Positions 32,268 through 45,030 of a stretch of 64,000 nucleotides of DNA are shown here, one piece after another (position 1 is the first letter of the stretch; every line of letters starts with the position of its first letter). Position numbers and translations under genes: made by a program. Location: the NCBI GenBank assembly GCA_964035545.1, contig OZ037765.1, forward strand, positions 12,782,698 to 12,846,697, given 5' to 3'. This stretch comes from Bugula neritina. Taxonomy: Eukaryota; Animalia; Bryozoa. The notes beneath the pieces are model-generated. The model had not been told where the DNA came from and did no database searches. It was given only the letters and a program-made list of their open reading frames with translations.

Positions 32268-32762
32268 TTTATCAATATTGATCATATATTTTGCTCGAGC
32301 TAGTTCATTTAAAAAATAAAACTAGGGTTAAGGTCACTCTGCAATCGGCATTAGCACCGCAGAGTTATCTTTTCTTTTACAAGCCCGATGGACTGCAATC
32401 CAGCCAACAGTATTGGAGCACTTGTACAGTATACATTTTAACAGGTATATCTGCAGCTGATTGCCGCCAAAATATCCAGTTTGTTTGCTATAACCTAACT
32501 TAACTTCTGGTTGCATGCTAAGCTAGCTGTGTTTTAATGCCAATTTAAACCAAAGAGATGCATTACCAACTTGGTAATTTTTTCTCACAGCCACTCTCTA
32601 TGTATAAACTTTCAATTTAAAAAACTCCTACCATAGCTTACATATTAGTATAGGCTCAAGCAAATTCAGGTGTAGCTGTTGCAGTTTATGCAGTATACAG
32701 CAGGCCATGTACTACCATACAAAGTGTTTGGTTATACTTGTAGTGTTGTGAATTCCCCAGTA

Positions 32763-32833
32763 GCCCCTGTGCTGTAATGGCTAGCAAGCTAGCTTGCAAG
32801 CTGGAGGTCTGTCATTCGATTCCCAATGGGGGG
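32763..32833 (+). pseudogene. Degenerate tRNA-like sequence (pseudo-tRNA or SINE head)
   Basis: D-arm TGCT-GTAATGGCT-AGCA, anticodon-arm-like CTAGC-TTGCAA-GCTGG and B-box-like TTCGATTCCC. The T-stem does not pair. Confidence 0.5.
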
Positions 32834-33822
32834 AGGGGGAATATTTTATAATATTGCATAACTTATACAGTAGCCTATATGTATTGCTATCTTCTTTATC
32901 AAAATGTTAAGTTCAGTCTAATTTAGTATAGAAGCTAAATTTAATATAAAATTATGTCTAGAATAAAGATAATAATTATTGTTGTGTTTTATTTCATCAA
33001 CGATTAGGCTAATTTTTTTAATAAGTTATGTTGGAAAACTGTGTTATTAACTTGATGAAGTTATTTTTCTTATTTTGTTATTAATACTACCTATGAAGGC
33101 TACTAGTAAGGAAACATTATTGCCTGCAATAGATTTTTTTTCGTGAAAATCAAGGTTTTGTTTTAGTGTTGAATTCTTATGTGTTATCTATCAAATATTC
33201 GGCATTTTGTACAACTACAAATAATTTAGGAGGCTTTAAGCATCAATTGTTAGCAATGTTTGCTTTTAGAAGACTGCAATTTTTTCATAGTCTTTTCAGC
33301 TTTGTTTGTATGTCGTATTCTTTTACTTCATTTCATATTTTTGTTTAGATGTCTAAGGAGCAAGGCATAGAATATATTAAGTTTCACCTATCAAACTATT
33401 CACTTTGCGTTATATCAGATGATATGTATCTCTTATACATCCTTCTATTAATTGCTGTACAACTAACATCAAGAACATTTAGTTATACATAATAACTGAT
33501 GTAGTGTTTTGTACAAACTATTAAATTGCTAATCAAAAATATATGTATATATGTATGTATGTAGTTTAATAATTTAGATTATAATTAAAAGAACAAATAA
33601 TATTATCTCTAAATAAAGTTATTTAGACATTTAGTAATAAAATTATGTATAACTTAGAAAATTCTAAAAGCTAGTAGGCCCAATTCTATGTGGTTTGAAA
33701 CAAGAAAAAAATTACATTTCAGCACAACTTAAAGTTATTGTAATTACAAAGCAAAAGGCATCATCGCTGAATAAACAAAAACATGAGCAGAGTCATGTAT
33801 TTTAGAATATTATAACTTGCAT

Positions 33823-35040
33823 CTATTGAAATGACTTGCCTCTATTGAGAGGTGAAGCTATTACATATATATACAAGGTGGTTGTGGAGGCAGCAATTAT
33901 TAATATAATTAGCAGCACTCGATCAATTAAAGCTCCCAACATCCGCCATTCGGCTTTGCGCTGCTCCTTTAAGACGTTGTCTTCCAGAAGCTCTAAGATC
34001 TTCCCAACATTTGCTTCTATTGTGGTGAGATGTTGAACATCGTTGACACAAGAGCATGACCTGCTTGTTTTCCTTTTGCTAAATAGCAAAGGTTTGTTAG
34101 GATTATCCTCACCTTCTTCTTTATCTGTCAAAATCAAGCTAGCTGCTTGAGTACTGTGTTCTTTCAGACCAAATCTCACCCCTAATGTGTCTGGGTTTAG
34201 CCCATTGTCATTGGTAGTGGAAAGGTAATTTTTCCTGAGGTCAATTTGATGCTTTTCTAGAATGGCTAATTTTCCATGAGCTGTATGATCATCTTTTAAA
34301 TAATCTGGAATGCCCATGCAAAGCATCTTAGCCAGTTTCACTGCTCTCTGGAAAAAAAAGCAAAATTGTTAATATAACGTGTGCATTAAAATTTTTAGTT
34401 CCCATGTGTATATCACTAATACTAGTTGCCAGCATAATTCAAGCTTGAAGCCTATTTGCTTCCTAATAAGCAGTATATAACAGTAACCTACAGCAGAGAT
34501 GAGTCTTTATATACGAAAACATTAAATTATCTCAAGCCTGCAGTAACATATTAGATTTACAACAGGTGATGAATAAGAGATCTGTGTGTCTGTGGCTAAT
34601 AAAATAATCATATTAATAGAGAAGAAATTTTATTATTTAATTTCAATGTAAGAATTTGGACATCTTACACTTGATAATATCTGCCAAATAAAACTAGTCT
34701 ATCAACAATAGCTTGCAGCTTTGCACACACCCTAGCTCAATAATGTAGACAGGGTTTTAAGATCTAAAACATGCTTAAAAGATGTTTTCTTTGAGCTAGA
34801 GAAACAGAGATTTTGTTAGAGCGAGATTCTATTTCTTAATTTTTTTACAATCTTTTGCATTTTGCAAAATTTTAATTATAGCTAATTTATTATTATAAGT
34901 TCTGCTAAAAAGCATAAAAAGACAGGAGGTTTCAGATCGTGGTACTAATAGCCTAAAGCCTAGATGAATGTATTGTATACTCCGTGTGTTGCTAGTAATC
35001 ATCACAACAATGCATTCAATCTTATGACGTACCCGTAAAA

Positions 35041-35138
<98 letters not shown>

Positions 35139-35156
35139 ATATATACTGTATATATA

Positions 35157-35230
<74 letters not shown>

Positions 35231-38200
35231 TCTATATATACTCTATATATAATCTTGTGAGTTTTAAAATTGCTTGTGGAAAAAATTAGATGAGTCTTGG
35301 ATGAAAACTTTTTTCACTTCAAAGAACAGTTTTTGATTTACAAATGTAACCAAAAATGGTTTGTTAATTGACTTTCATGTCTTGGTAATGAATATTTTTT
35401 TCTAAGCGGAAAAGTTCAAATTGAGATTATGTCAAAATGCTGCTTTCAACATTTGTTAATAGTTCACATTTTAAGTGACATTTTTATGCAATCTTATTAC
35501 ATGCAGTTATTGCAAGTTGTAAGGTGATCTAAAATGTTACTCAACACCTAAATGTTATGCTGAAGCTTGGTTTCCAGCTATTGCACAAAATTTCCCAGAT
35601 AACTTGTTTATAACAAGGCATTAGGTGCTTGATGTGCAGTCAAAATTTAGTTATTGGCTCAGCTCTAGTGAAACTCTTAGTGCAAAGCTTAACCCTGGAG
35701 ACATATTAAAATGCTTCAATTGCTGGATAAATCTAGTTGGAGACTCCTGGGGTTCACTACAGCCTGGAGCTCTACAGGGCGCTCCAGAGGTAGTAAAAAC
35801 ATATGCTATATGTTCCTACTACCTCTGGAGCTTCAAGGGTAGCAGAAACACTAAATATAACACAAGCAAATATCTATTTCTAGAAAGGCTGCAAAAGACC
35901 ATGCTGAAATATTCCCGCTTTCAACTTGTGTTAATATCGATGTTGTGGAATTTAAATTTCAAGCATAGGTTACAAATGTTGGCGTGTGTTTGCTAATATC
36001 ACAGCGATGAAAATTTAAGGTAACTCCTGCAGGCAAATAAAAAGAAGCGGGAAAAGCTCTATTATAAGAGTAGTAAATGGAATAAATCTAACTTCCATAT
36101 TGATAATTTCATACTTACATTTCCATTCAAGAAAAGCTAATAAAATGGATATGCAAATTAGCAACTATGAAATTGATATATAATGTGTTGGTTATTATAA
36201 AATACTTGTCAATTCTACATGACAATTGAGGCATCAATATATGTTATATACTAATGTATCTAATGATCTGCAGATGACAATATACCAAAGGCAAAATGTT
36301 AATAACCAGTCAAGAGCCTTCATTGTTTATTTAGGCATAATTTTTTTTATTATTCTTTAAATTCTGAACTCTTCTATTCAATCTCCTGTTATAGTTGTAG
36401 GTACTAAAATTCTAACACTATCATTCACGTACTCTAATAAAGTTCTCTAGGGATACAGCCCATGCAGGTATATACTCATTATCATAATTCTCTGAATAAT
36501 GGTATGAATAATAATTAAATGGTTGATCAAATAGCATTAGCTAGCCATAGCAAAGCAAAGAGAAAGCTTATTGCATTTTAATACAGGTTGTTACTTTTAT
36601 TTACTAATTAAGGTTATATGTCCGTATTACCACTGTGTCTATGCAATAATTAGCAATGCAATGCTTTAGGTAAGACTATTGTTTCATTTCCCCATATTAT
36701 ATATAAAATAATTTAACTTATAGCTTATAATTTGTAAGAAATCAACTCAAATTTTGAATTCTCAAAAAGATTGTTTGTCTGTAAGCCTAGCAAATCATGT
36801 TTAAGTTGAGAAGTATGCAGAATCAAAACTTAAATTTGTCTACTACGTTACTGAGAAAATTCCACAATTACCGTCTACTAGCTAAAGGATATTTAATAAG
36901 ACATTCTTATAAGCTTTTAATGTTCTCAATAAACTAAAAGTGCTAACTCTAACTCAATCTCAAACATAGACTCAGAGTCATGCATTTCATATATCACGAT
37001 GGAATACTTGATTGTTGGCAATTAAAAAGTAAAATATTAGCAAAATAAATCGATTAACCTCAGCCTTATAGGAACGTTGAGCAATAGGAAACAACACCAT
37101 ACCTTTCTAAGACCCTCAGGAACATCTTTATAATCGGTATGTACGAGCCTCATAACTAAAACACTGCACACAAGTGAGAGGGCTGTTAGCCCCATCTGTA
37201 TAACGATATGTACGCCTACAAAATCAACCCCACAATATAGTTAAGACCAGAAAGTTATCTAAAAGTTGGGCATCTTGAAAAAGTTTGACATTTAAAATGT
37301 CATACAGTTGGTAGCTGTAAAAGGATATTGGTCTTGTTACTGGGCAATCTTATTTATGTATAACAATGATGACTAGTCAGTGAGCGTGTGGGTGTCCAAA
37401 AACTGTAGTCTCACAACAACAGGCCACTGCTGTTTGCTGATGTCACTGACGTTGTACAACATGTGCCCAACTTCCACATCAAAATAAAGTCAATGCCCAT
37501 TTGCGCTTAGATTAAATGACCTTTTTGTTAAATAGCAAGTGTAGAGTAATGCACGCTGTGCGAGAAAACACATAGTAGAGGTTGAAAGCTAACTAAGAAG
37601 ATAAAGTAATGACGCCAGATTTTCACAGGAAATTGTAGGTTCCAAACTGTTGAACGTTTGAACTTGTGTTTACATCATATTGCCATACTCCATGCAAAGC
37701 AAGAATAAACAAAGGAAGTTATGAAGTGTTCGATTACACTGGATATGGGAAATATAATATGCAATATTACAGAAATTGCAACAATTGTAGTGTGTCCTAC
37801 TGTTAAAGAATTATGATCCACTTCAGCAAGTTTAAAAGGAGTGTGCAAATACAGTTCATATAACTCGTCATTAATTTGAATCTAAGGAAAACGGAAAATT
37901 GAGTCAGCAGTTACCATGGAGTCAGCTACAATCCTTAAAGTGTAGAATTCATATGGACAAGGGAGGGGGAGGGGTTTAAATATAACAAGCACAAAAAAAA
38001 ACTTTGCTCTGAATTCTTGTGTTTTAAATTAACTTGAAAAACCCATTTTATAGGAAAGTTTGAGAACTGTTTACAAATAAACATTTGCTCAACTGACTTT
38101 ATGTGGATAGTGGTAGTGATAGTTGGCAACACTTTGGTTCGAGAACATATACACACATGCTCTTATGCTTCACACAGTTCATAGCATAAACCATTTTTGA

Positions 38201-41200
38201 CAGATATGTAGTGGTGTATCTAACCAATCAGAGGTACTGTATCAATAGTGGGTGGGAGACTCTCTCCAATCATTAGCATGACGACAGCAAGGGAAAGCAT
38301 TACAGATAGTTGAACCTCTATCTTGGCTTCGTTTTGTGGTGGCAGTATGAACGCGATGATGGTCATCAATGACAGCATGATGCAAGGGATAGCCACAGTG
38401 AATATAGAAAACATTGGTCGTCTCCTGAAGTGAATGTTCACATTCAGTGTGATTATGGGATTGGGGCAGCAGTCATACACATTCTGCACTTTTTCCACCT
38501 TTAAAAAACACAGTCTTGTATAAGTTGCATAAATTCATTACCACATAATAGTTAAAATAAGAAAATGGTGCTATTAGAATACAAAAAAGCACCATATATT
38601 TTTAACTGATATTTAGCATACTGTGTAGACAATAATATATAGACCAAATAAGCAATTATTCTAATGAAGCAATGATGTTTTCATTGTTGGAAATGTGTTG
38701 CAGTTATGTTGGCTGTACTGTATATATTCAATATATATCACCTCGAATCCTAGAAGTTCAAACTCTCCATTGTCAATAAAGTCTGGCTTTTCTATGCCAG
38801 TATCACCATTGTCTTGAATGTCCACTTCTTTTTCAGAGTATGACCAAGTGCCCAATTTTAAGAAACAAGCTTGTTCATCAAACGGGTAGAATCGAATATC
38901 TAATTTACATGAGGACTGAAGCTTTGCAAGAGGAAACCAATAAACAGTTCCGGTATGTTCCACACTTATAGGAGACTGCATATAGTAGTTTTCATGTATT
39001 CCTTCAACGCTGTATAAAGTGAATAATGCAGTATTTGCATAAGATTTCATAATTTTTAGGCTGTATGCAAATAAATATTATTACTACATTTATAATTAGA
39101 AGTTAGAATTGTTTTAGTAAGTTATAGAGAGATGCAAATGCTTAACTATAGGTTTTCAAAGAGGACCGTACACTGGAATTATTGTGAAACAAGCGCAATG
39201 TTGATTCTGTTGTTTGGTATCACAACCCAAGCAATGAACTTGAAATGCTAAACAAACTGATAATGTTATTATAAGAAGTTCAATCAACTTTCTCCATGTT
39301 CACTTTGTGTGTTTTTCGTGAAGTTATGCATAAAAATCTGTTTCTTTTAGAATTACTACAAGCCAATGAAATTGCTCCTCATGTAACAACTTTAATAGTA
39401 ACATTATAATATAATTGATGGCACGAATTTCATTTTCTAGTTGTTATTTTCAATGTTTGAATAAGATTAGAAAGTTCCTTAGTGTGAAGTCAAACACAAT
39501 TGCTTTCAGATGCAGCACCTCTACAATGGAGAGTGAGGAAACATAATGTTTTGTGCAAAATTATGGTTTTATCTGTAATGGGATAAGCTACGATTGCATT
39601 CAGTATTATACTACTGCGTTTCCATTGGTAGGCTATGTATAGTAATGTTTTTAAAAACACGTGCAAATTATTTTATATCTATCTTAAGATTTTGATAGAA
39701 AAGATTAATTCAGAAAAGTTGAGCACACCTGTTATAGAGGACAATGTTTGGTAGCCACACTTTAGCACATGGAAGGTACATTCTTTTTATACCTCCGTAC
39801 TCATCAGGGTCCCACGTCAGATATTCATCCTGCCAAGTCTACGTATTATACAGTATACATGTTGTACTATACAGTATACATGTTGTATTCTACAGTATAC
39901 ATGTTGCATTATACAGTATACATGTTGCATCATACTGCAGTAAGTCACATTATATTTTATAGCATTATAAATGACTCTGACTATTTCAAATATCACAATA
40001 TGCAACAAGCATCGCTATAAGCATTAACAACCTTCATTAGACATATTCACATTGGTAAGGTTTTGTAATAAACACATAGCCGTCTTACATCGACATGTTT
40101 TACAAAGTCTAAAACATATTATGTTTCCCATTTTCAAAAATATTTAAATAATCAGATACTCTTGAAACCGATTAGCCGAGCAGAATTTCTTTGCCAGACT
40201 CACAATCAATATAATTTAATAAGTCATAGCATTAAAACTTCACTTTCTCCATTGGGTTTTCCATCACATTTCTATTTTTTGACATCTAGCTTGAAAGACC
40301 TGCTTTTCACAAAAACATCCTAACTTCTGATAGTGACCTCTGACCCAACATATATGCATTTATCCCAAACACCATACATCAAGTCATCATGCTACACTGA
40401 GTACATGCTGCTTATTTACCTGATCTATGGCTACTATACTAGTCAGCACTTGAATTCTTTCATTCTGCAAAATCAATAGAAACATGAAATGTACTGAATA
40501 ATCACGTAAAGATGTGAACCAGTTGAAATCAGATGCAGTGAGTGAGTCATACAATAGTTTGATATGTCATTTAAATAAACTATAATACTATTTCTTTGGG
40601 GTTAAAACCTTACGCCTCAAAGATTTTAAGCCTTTCCCATTGTTGAAAATCAAATAGTAGCGAGTTATATAAGTAGTCCACAACCAATTGTGAAGTAATT
40701 GAGATATTCACAAGTGGCGCGAATTTTTTAACAGCTCTTTGGTGGAATCGCTGTTATCATCCATAATTTACGCAGAAGTACCATTCACAAAAATTCTAGC
40801 CCGGACAATGGCCATTGGTGATGTTAGGAAGAGCATCCAGCCATAATTGCTCCTATGCCTCATTTAAATAAGTCCTTAGCCTGTTTTACTAAAACCCTTT
40901 CCATCAGGGGTTTCTCACAGGGATAGCGACTATAAACTTGTGTGAGTTTTTTTCACCATTCACAAAAATTGTTATGTCAAGTTTGTACAAGGACACAATG
41001 CATATTAAATCTGAAATCGAAGGTTAGATTTGCAGATATATTACTATCATTGCAGCATAGCTCTATAACCATCATATTCTTCACATTTGATGTTGGCTAG
41101 CTAGTTGATATAACAGACATAGATCTAGATGCTAGCAGCATGAAATACTGAGTACTGATACTATTTTTATCAGTCAACATAGAGTACTACTTACTAAACT

Positions 41201-43566
41201 ATGTTACTCAAAACGTTAAATGATGATGAAGGAAGGGGGGGGGGGGGCTACAGTAGTTACAAAAGCCTATTGTACAGACAGTGAACTTTTTAAACTACCT
41301 ATTGTCTAAAACAAGCTGTCCCGTAAGTTAAATGTGAGCGTTATTTTTAGTAAAATAGAAAGCTTATTTTTAAAAAATCGTTATTTTAATGAGAAAAATG
41401 CTGATTGGAGAAGACCTTTAACAAGACTGCTTATATTAATTATAATTGTATATTATTATAGTAGCCATTGTGTAGTATTATATTACATAATATATTTAAA
41501 GAAGAGATATCCAAACCCCTAGTATTCTCCAAATAACAAGGTTTTATAGGTGGGCACTGAGAAGGATGTTTCGCCATTTGCCTTTGGCTGGTTTGGCACT
41601 TGCCATTTCTGATGCCATTTATCCCATAAATTAATGCATTGCTATTTAGAGCTTTCTTGTGCATCCAGTTTAAAGCAGTTTCATGTTATCATGTTTAGGT
41701 GGTCTCCAAAGGCAAGTGATATTACCATACCTCTAGCAAATTGGCTATGATTATTGGGAATTGATTCTTAGTAGTGCAGCCATTAGATGTTAGACACATT
41801 TAGCATAATAAATAAACATGTGCATATAGAAGTATATAGATGCATATAAATGTATATAAATGCATATAAATGTATATATGAATGTATAATATATAGATGT
41901 ATATATAAATGCATATAGATGCATATATAGATAAGTGGTTTTATGATACCAGGTCTAAAAGTTGATTTAGCTTTACTCCAATCTTAACCATGACAGTGCT
42001 GTTAGGGTTATAAACAGGTCTTGACCCTGTTTCATAGTCAAGCATAAGCGCTCTGTAAAGTCTCTTTTCTGGTCCTGCTGGCCGTCCTAAGCCTACAAGA
42101 CCTACAAGTGAAATGTTGATATAGGAATAATGTGATATAAAAGAAGAAAAAGACATTGTGCTTGGCAATTATAATTGTGTTAATCAATTATATAGTTGTT
42201 TATGTTCCATCACTTTACTGGCATAGTTAGTTGAAGGTAGAACATTCTAAGAGCAGTTAAAAGCTGGTACTAATTATTTGCGTCACACTTTGATAAAAAA
42301 AATATGTGAATGGGTACTTTGTATTAAAATAATATTTAAATATGTTACTTCCAACAATATAATTAATATTGGCTTTATTTCTTGAATATTGATTTAGTGA
42401 GGCTAAAGTAAACGCAGAGCTGTTTGCATCATTAATCGAATATCACTTAGTAGGATAGGGATAATTATGATTAATTGCGTAGTCTAATGATTTAGGATAA
42501 TCTTAAGTGGTAATGCAGCACCCAATTCAATCAGCATGTTTATCTACAACACACACTATTCAACTATAGACTCATATCTTTGCACAACTGTTGAGATTAA
42601 TTTTCCTCTATCAACAATATTTCTACATAATGGGACTTCCTGCCCGAATGGGTTGGTTTAAAACATTTGGGAAATAATTAATGTGGCGTAGAACAGAAAA
42701 CAGCTTTTTGTATAATATTTTAAATTGAATTTCCATTTTATTAGGTAGATGAAGTTTTTTTTCTGATAGGGCAAGGACAGGGTTTTCTTTTCACATCTCA
42801 AATAATTGAATACCAAATACTTAAGCTCATTAGAAAAGATCTCTAAAAATCCGAAAGAACTTTAATTACTTTTGGTCTAGTAGTTGGATCATTCGAATAA
42901 TACAGATGAAACTTTGCAGCTTTGAACAATCATTCACAAAACTATATTTTGATTTAATTGCGTTAGCTTGTAGCTATACTGACAATTACCATAGTGATCA
43001 TAAGTTAGAATGGTAATTAGTTATTACTCACAGTTCTTGCTTATAGCATGCTGAAAATTATAATCTTGCTACATGCTGTAGAGGCATAGTTTTATATAAA
43101 TTGGAGCAGCTAAATTACGGTTACTTGCACTCAATTATATATTATTCAGGCACAGCTAACTACATTAATACACTGCATTATACTATATTCTCAAAAGGCA
43201 CACTTTACAGTTTAGTCATATAAATATTTCTTCACCTTTTTCAAAAGTGCATAACGCAGCATACTGTTACATACATTATTTTGGTCTGATCACCCACTTT
43301 ATTCATAAAGATTGCATTTTAGAACATTTTTAAAAGCATAGTTATGCATATCTACCCAATAAGAGAACATGCCTACCTGTGCAGTACCCATGTACAGCTC
43401 GAGATCAAAAATACTTACCCTCAAAGCATACTAATAATGTATATATAAAAATAGGAGCCGCGTATGTGGCAAGCAGCATAAAAAATTAAAACATACCTGA
43501 TTCATTCTTAGCACCAGATGTTGGATTTATAATAGTTAGAAGTACGAGTATAAAAACTTGCAGCAT
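33823..43566 (-). CDS. Nicotinic acetylcholine receptor alpha-type subunit (divergent), ~518 aa; exons 43566-43497 (or 43479-43419), 42101-41950, 40464-40420, 39838-39729, 39009-38742, 38498-38225, 37215-37103, 34347-33823
   Basis: RPV motif, [23 protein letters not shown], Cys-loop [15 protein letters not shown], loop B GTWSY, loop C YDCC, M1-M3, and M4 preceded by [11 protein letters not shown]. Family-typical 45-nt and 110-nt exons; phases are consistent. Confidence 0.92.
35044..35250. repeat. Interrupted (TA)n microsatellite, ~200 bp
   Basis: Directly visible. Confidence 0.95.
39847..39930. repeat. Tandem repeat, 4 x 21 bp
   Basis: Unit T(A/C)TACAGTATACATGTTG(T/C)A(C/T), directly upstream of the nAChR exon 4 acceptor. 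Confidence 0.95.
40817..40937 (+). mobile_element. Second (5'-truncated) copy of the SINE-like repeat
   Basis: Aligns with 23957-24066. Confidence 0.6.
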
Positions 43567-45030
43567 GATATCACATGGTGTAATCCAATGATTGCAGTTG
43601 GTGCTGTTAAAAGTAACCCACAGAAGTTACAAAAATAGCATTCACGCAGTCACCTACACAGAGAGCATGTGAGCTGGAATATAAATACTTCAATACAACC
43701 CACAGCATGCCCTATTGACTACTGCAATGCCAATGCCTATACAGTTAGCATTTGCACAGTTTTATAGTAAAAATACTTGCAGTACGGCGCACAGCAAGGA
43801 CTCTGCCGAGTGAGCCACACATTATGCTCAGACATCTATGAAAACAGTTAACGTGTCTTGCATTATAGTGTTCTCAAGAAAAAGCTGTGCATTTTGTAAT
43901 TTTATTTTCAACATACTTCTGAATAATTGGTAGAAATTCAAATTAAATGCGTGTTGACATACACAGTTATCTGATAATGCAGAGCTGCAAACTTAAATAT
44001 TAATAAAATACAGAATTTAGAAGAAGCTGGGATAATATGGAGTCATGTGCTGTGTCACATTTTACTTTTTAAAAAAAATCAAATCTTAAAAAATCACTCC
44101 AACAAAATAAATGCAGCGTAGGGAATTGCAAGATATTTCACAATGAAAACAAGCTTGACAAAGCAGTTGTAACAATAGAGATTAATCTGCAGTGATAGAG
44201 TAAGACTTTTTTTCAACACACATTGGAAAGAAATATATTTTAAATATTCAGATGAACATTTTTCAGACAAAATTAACAGTAACAATTTTACAAAAACAAA
44301 TATAAGACAAACTCAAGAGATTCAACATTTAAAATTTTAAATTCAAACTTCAGACAAAAATAAATACCAATACAAATGCTATTATGAAATTCTCTAGAGT
44401 TTAGACTCTAGAGTTTCAAGAGATAACTAAACTGAGTTTTTATACATAAAGTGAACAAATTAAATAATTTAAAAAATGTCAACATTTGAAAGAGTAATAA
44501 TATTATATTATCACATATCCTATTATGCAATTATAATATCATGGAAAATTGACAAAACAGAGCATGCTTAAATATTCCCTCACAAAATTATATTATTTTG
44601 AAATCTTTCATCTTTTCATTTCCAATATCAACTGAACTTACAATAAGTAACATTGCACTTATACATTAGTGTACAAATGACAATTGGACATGACACATTA
44701 ACAGCTGGAAAAAGTTAATAAAACATTATGCTGTATAATAAAACTTTCCCTGCTACTATGGATACAAGGCTAAACAGAACAGTGTTTTCTTCATTTAAGA
44801 TTTAAAATGTTATGCTATACGTTTGGACTCGTAAACAACCTATGAATGATCGTATCTATGCAAGGGGAATTGAATTTACTGTTTAGTGTATATGAAAGCC
44901 ATTTAGAAAATGTCAACATGAGTGTTCAAAATCATCAAAATATTAGTAGCTTTATTTTATTACAGACTGAATAAAATAGAAAACAAGATTATAAACTAGA
45001 CGAAAATTTAACCTGGTGATGATGACACGT

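Noticed and set aside
32763-32833. Functional tRNA gene
   Set aside because: T-stem and acceptor stem pair poorly and there is no clear Pol III terminator; treated as a pseudo-tRNA or SINE head.
34829-35083. ORF beginning MYIYIYIY
   Set aside because: Translation of the (TA)n microsatellite.
39744-40020. Repetitive ORFs and a CRISPR-like look of the 21-bp repeat
   Set aside because: Pure head-to-tail tandem repeat without spacers in a eukaryotic intron; the real exon is on the minus strand.
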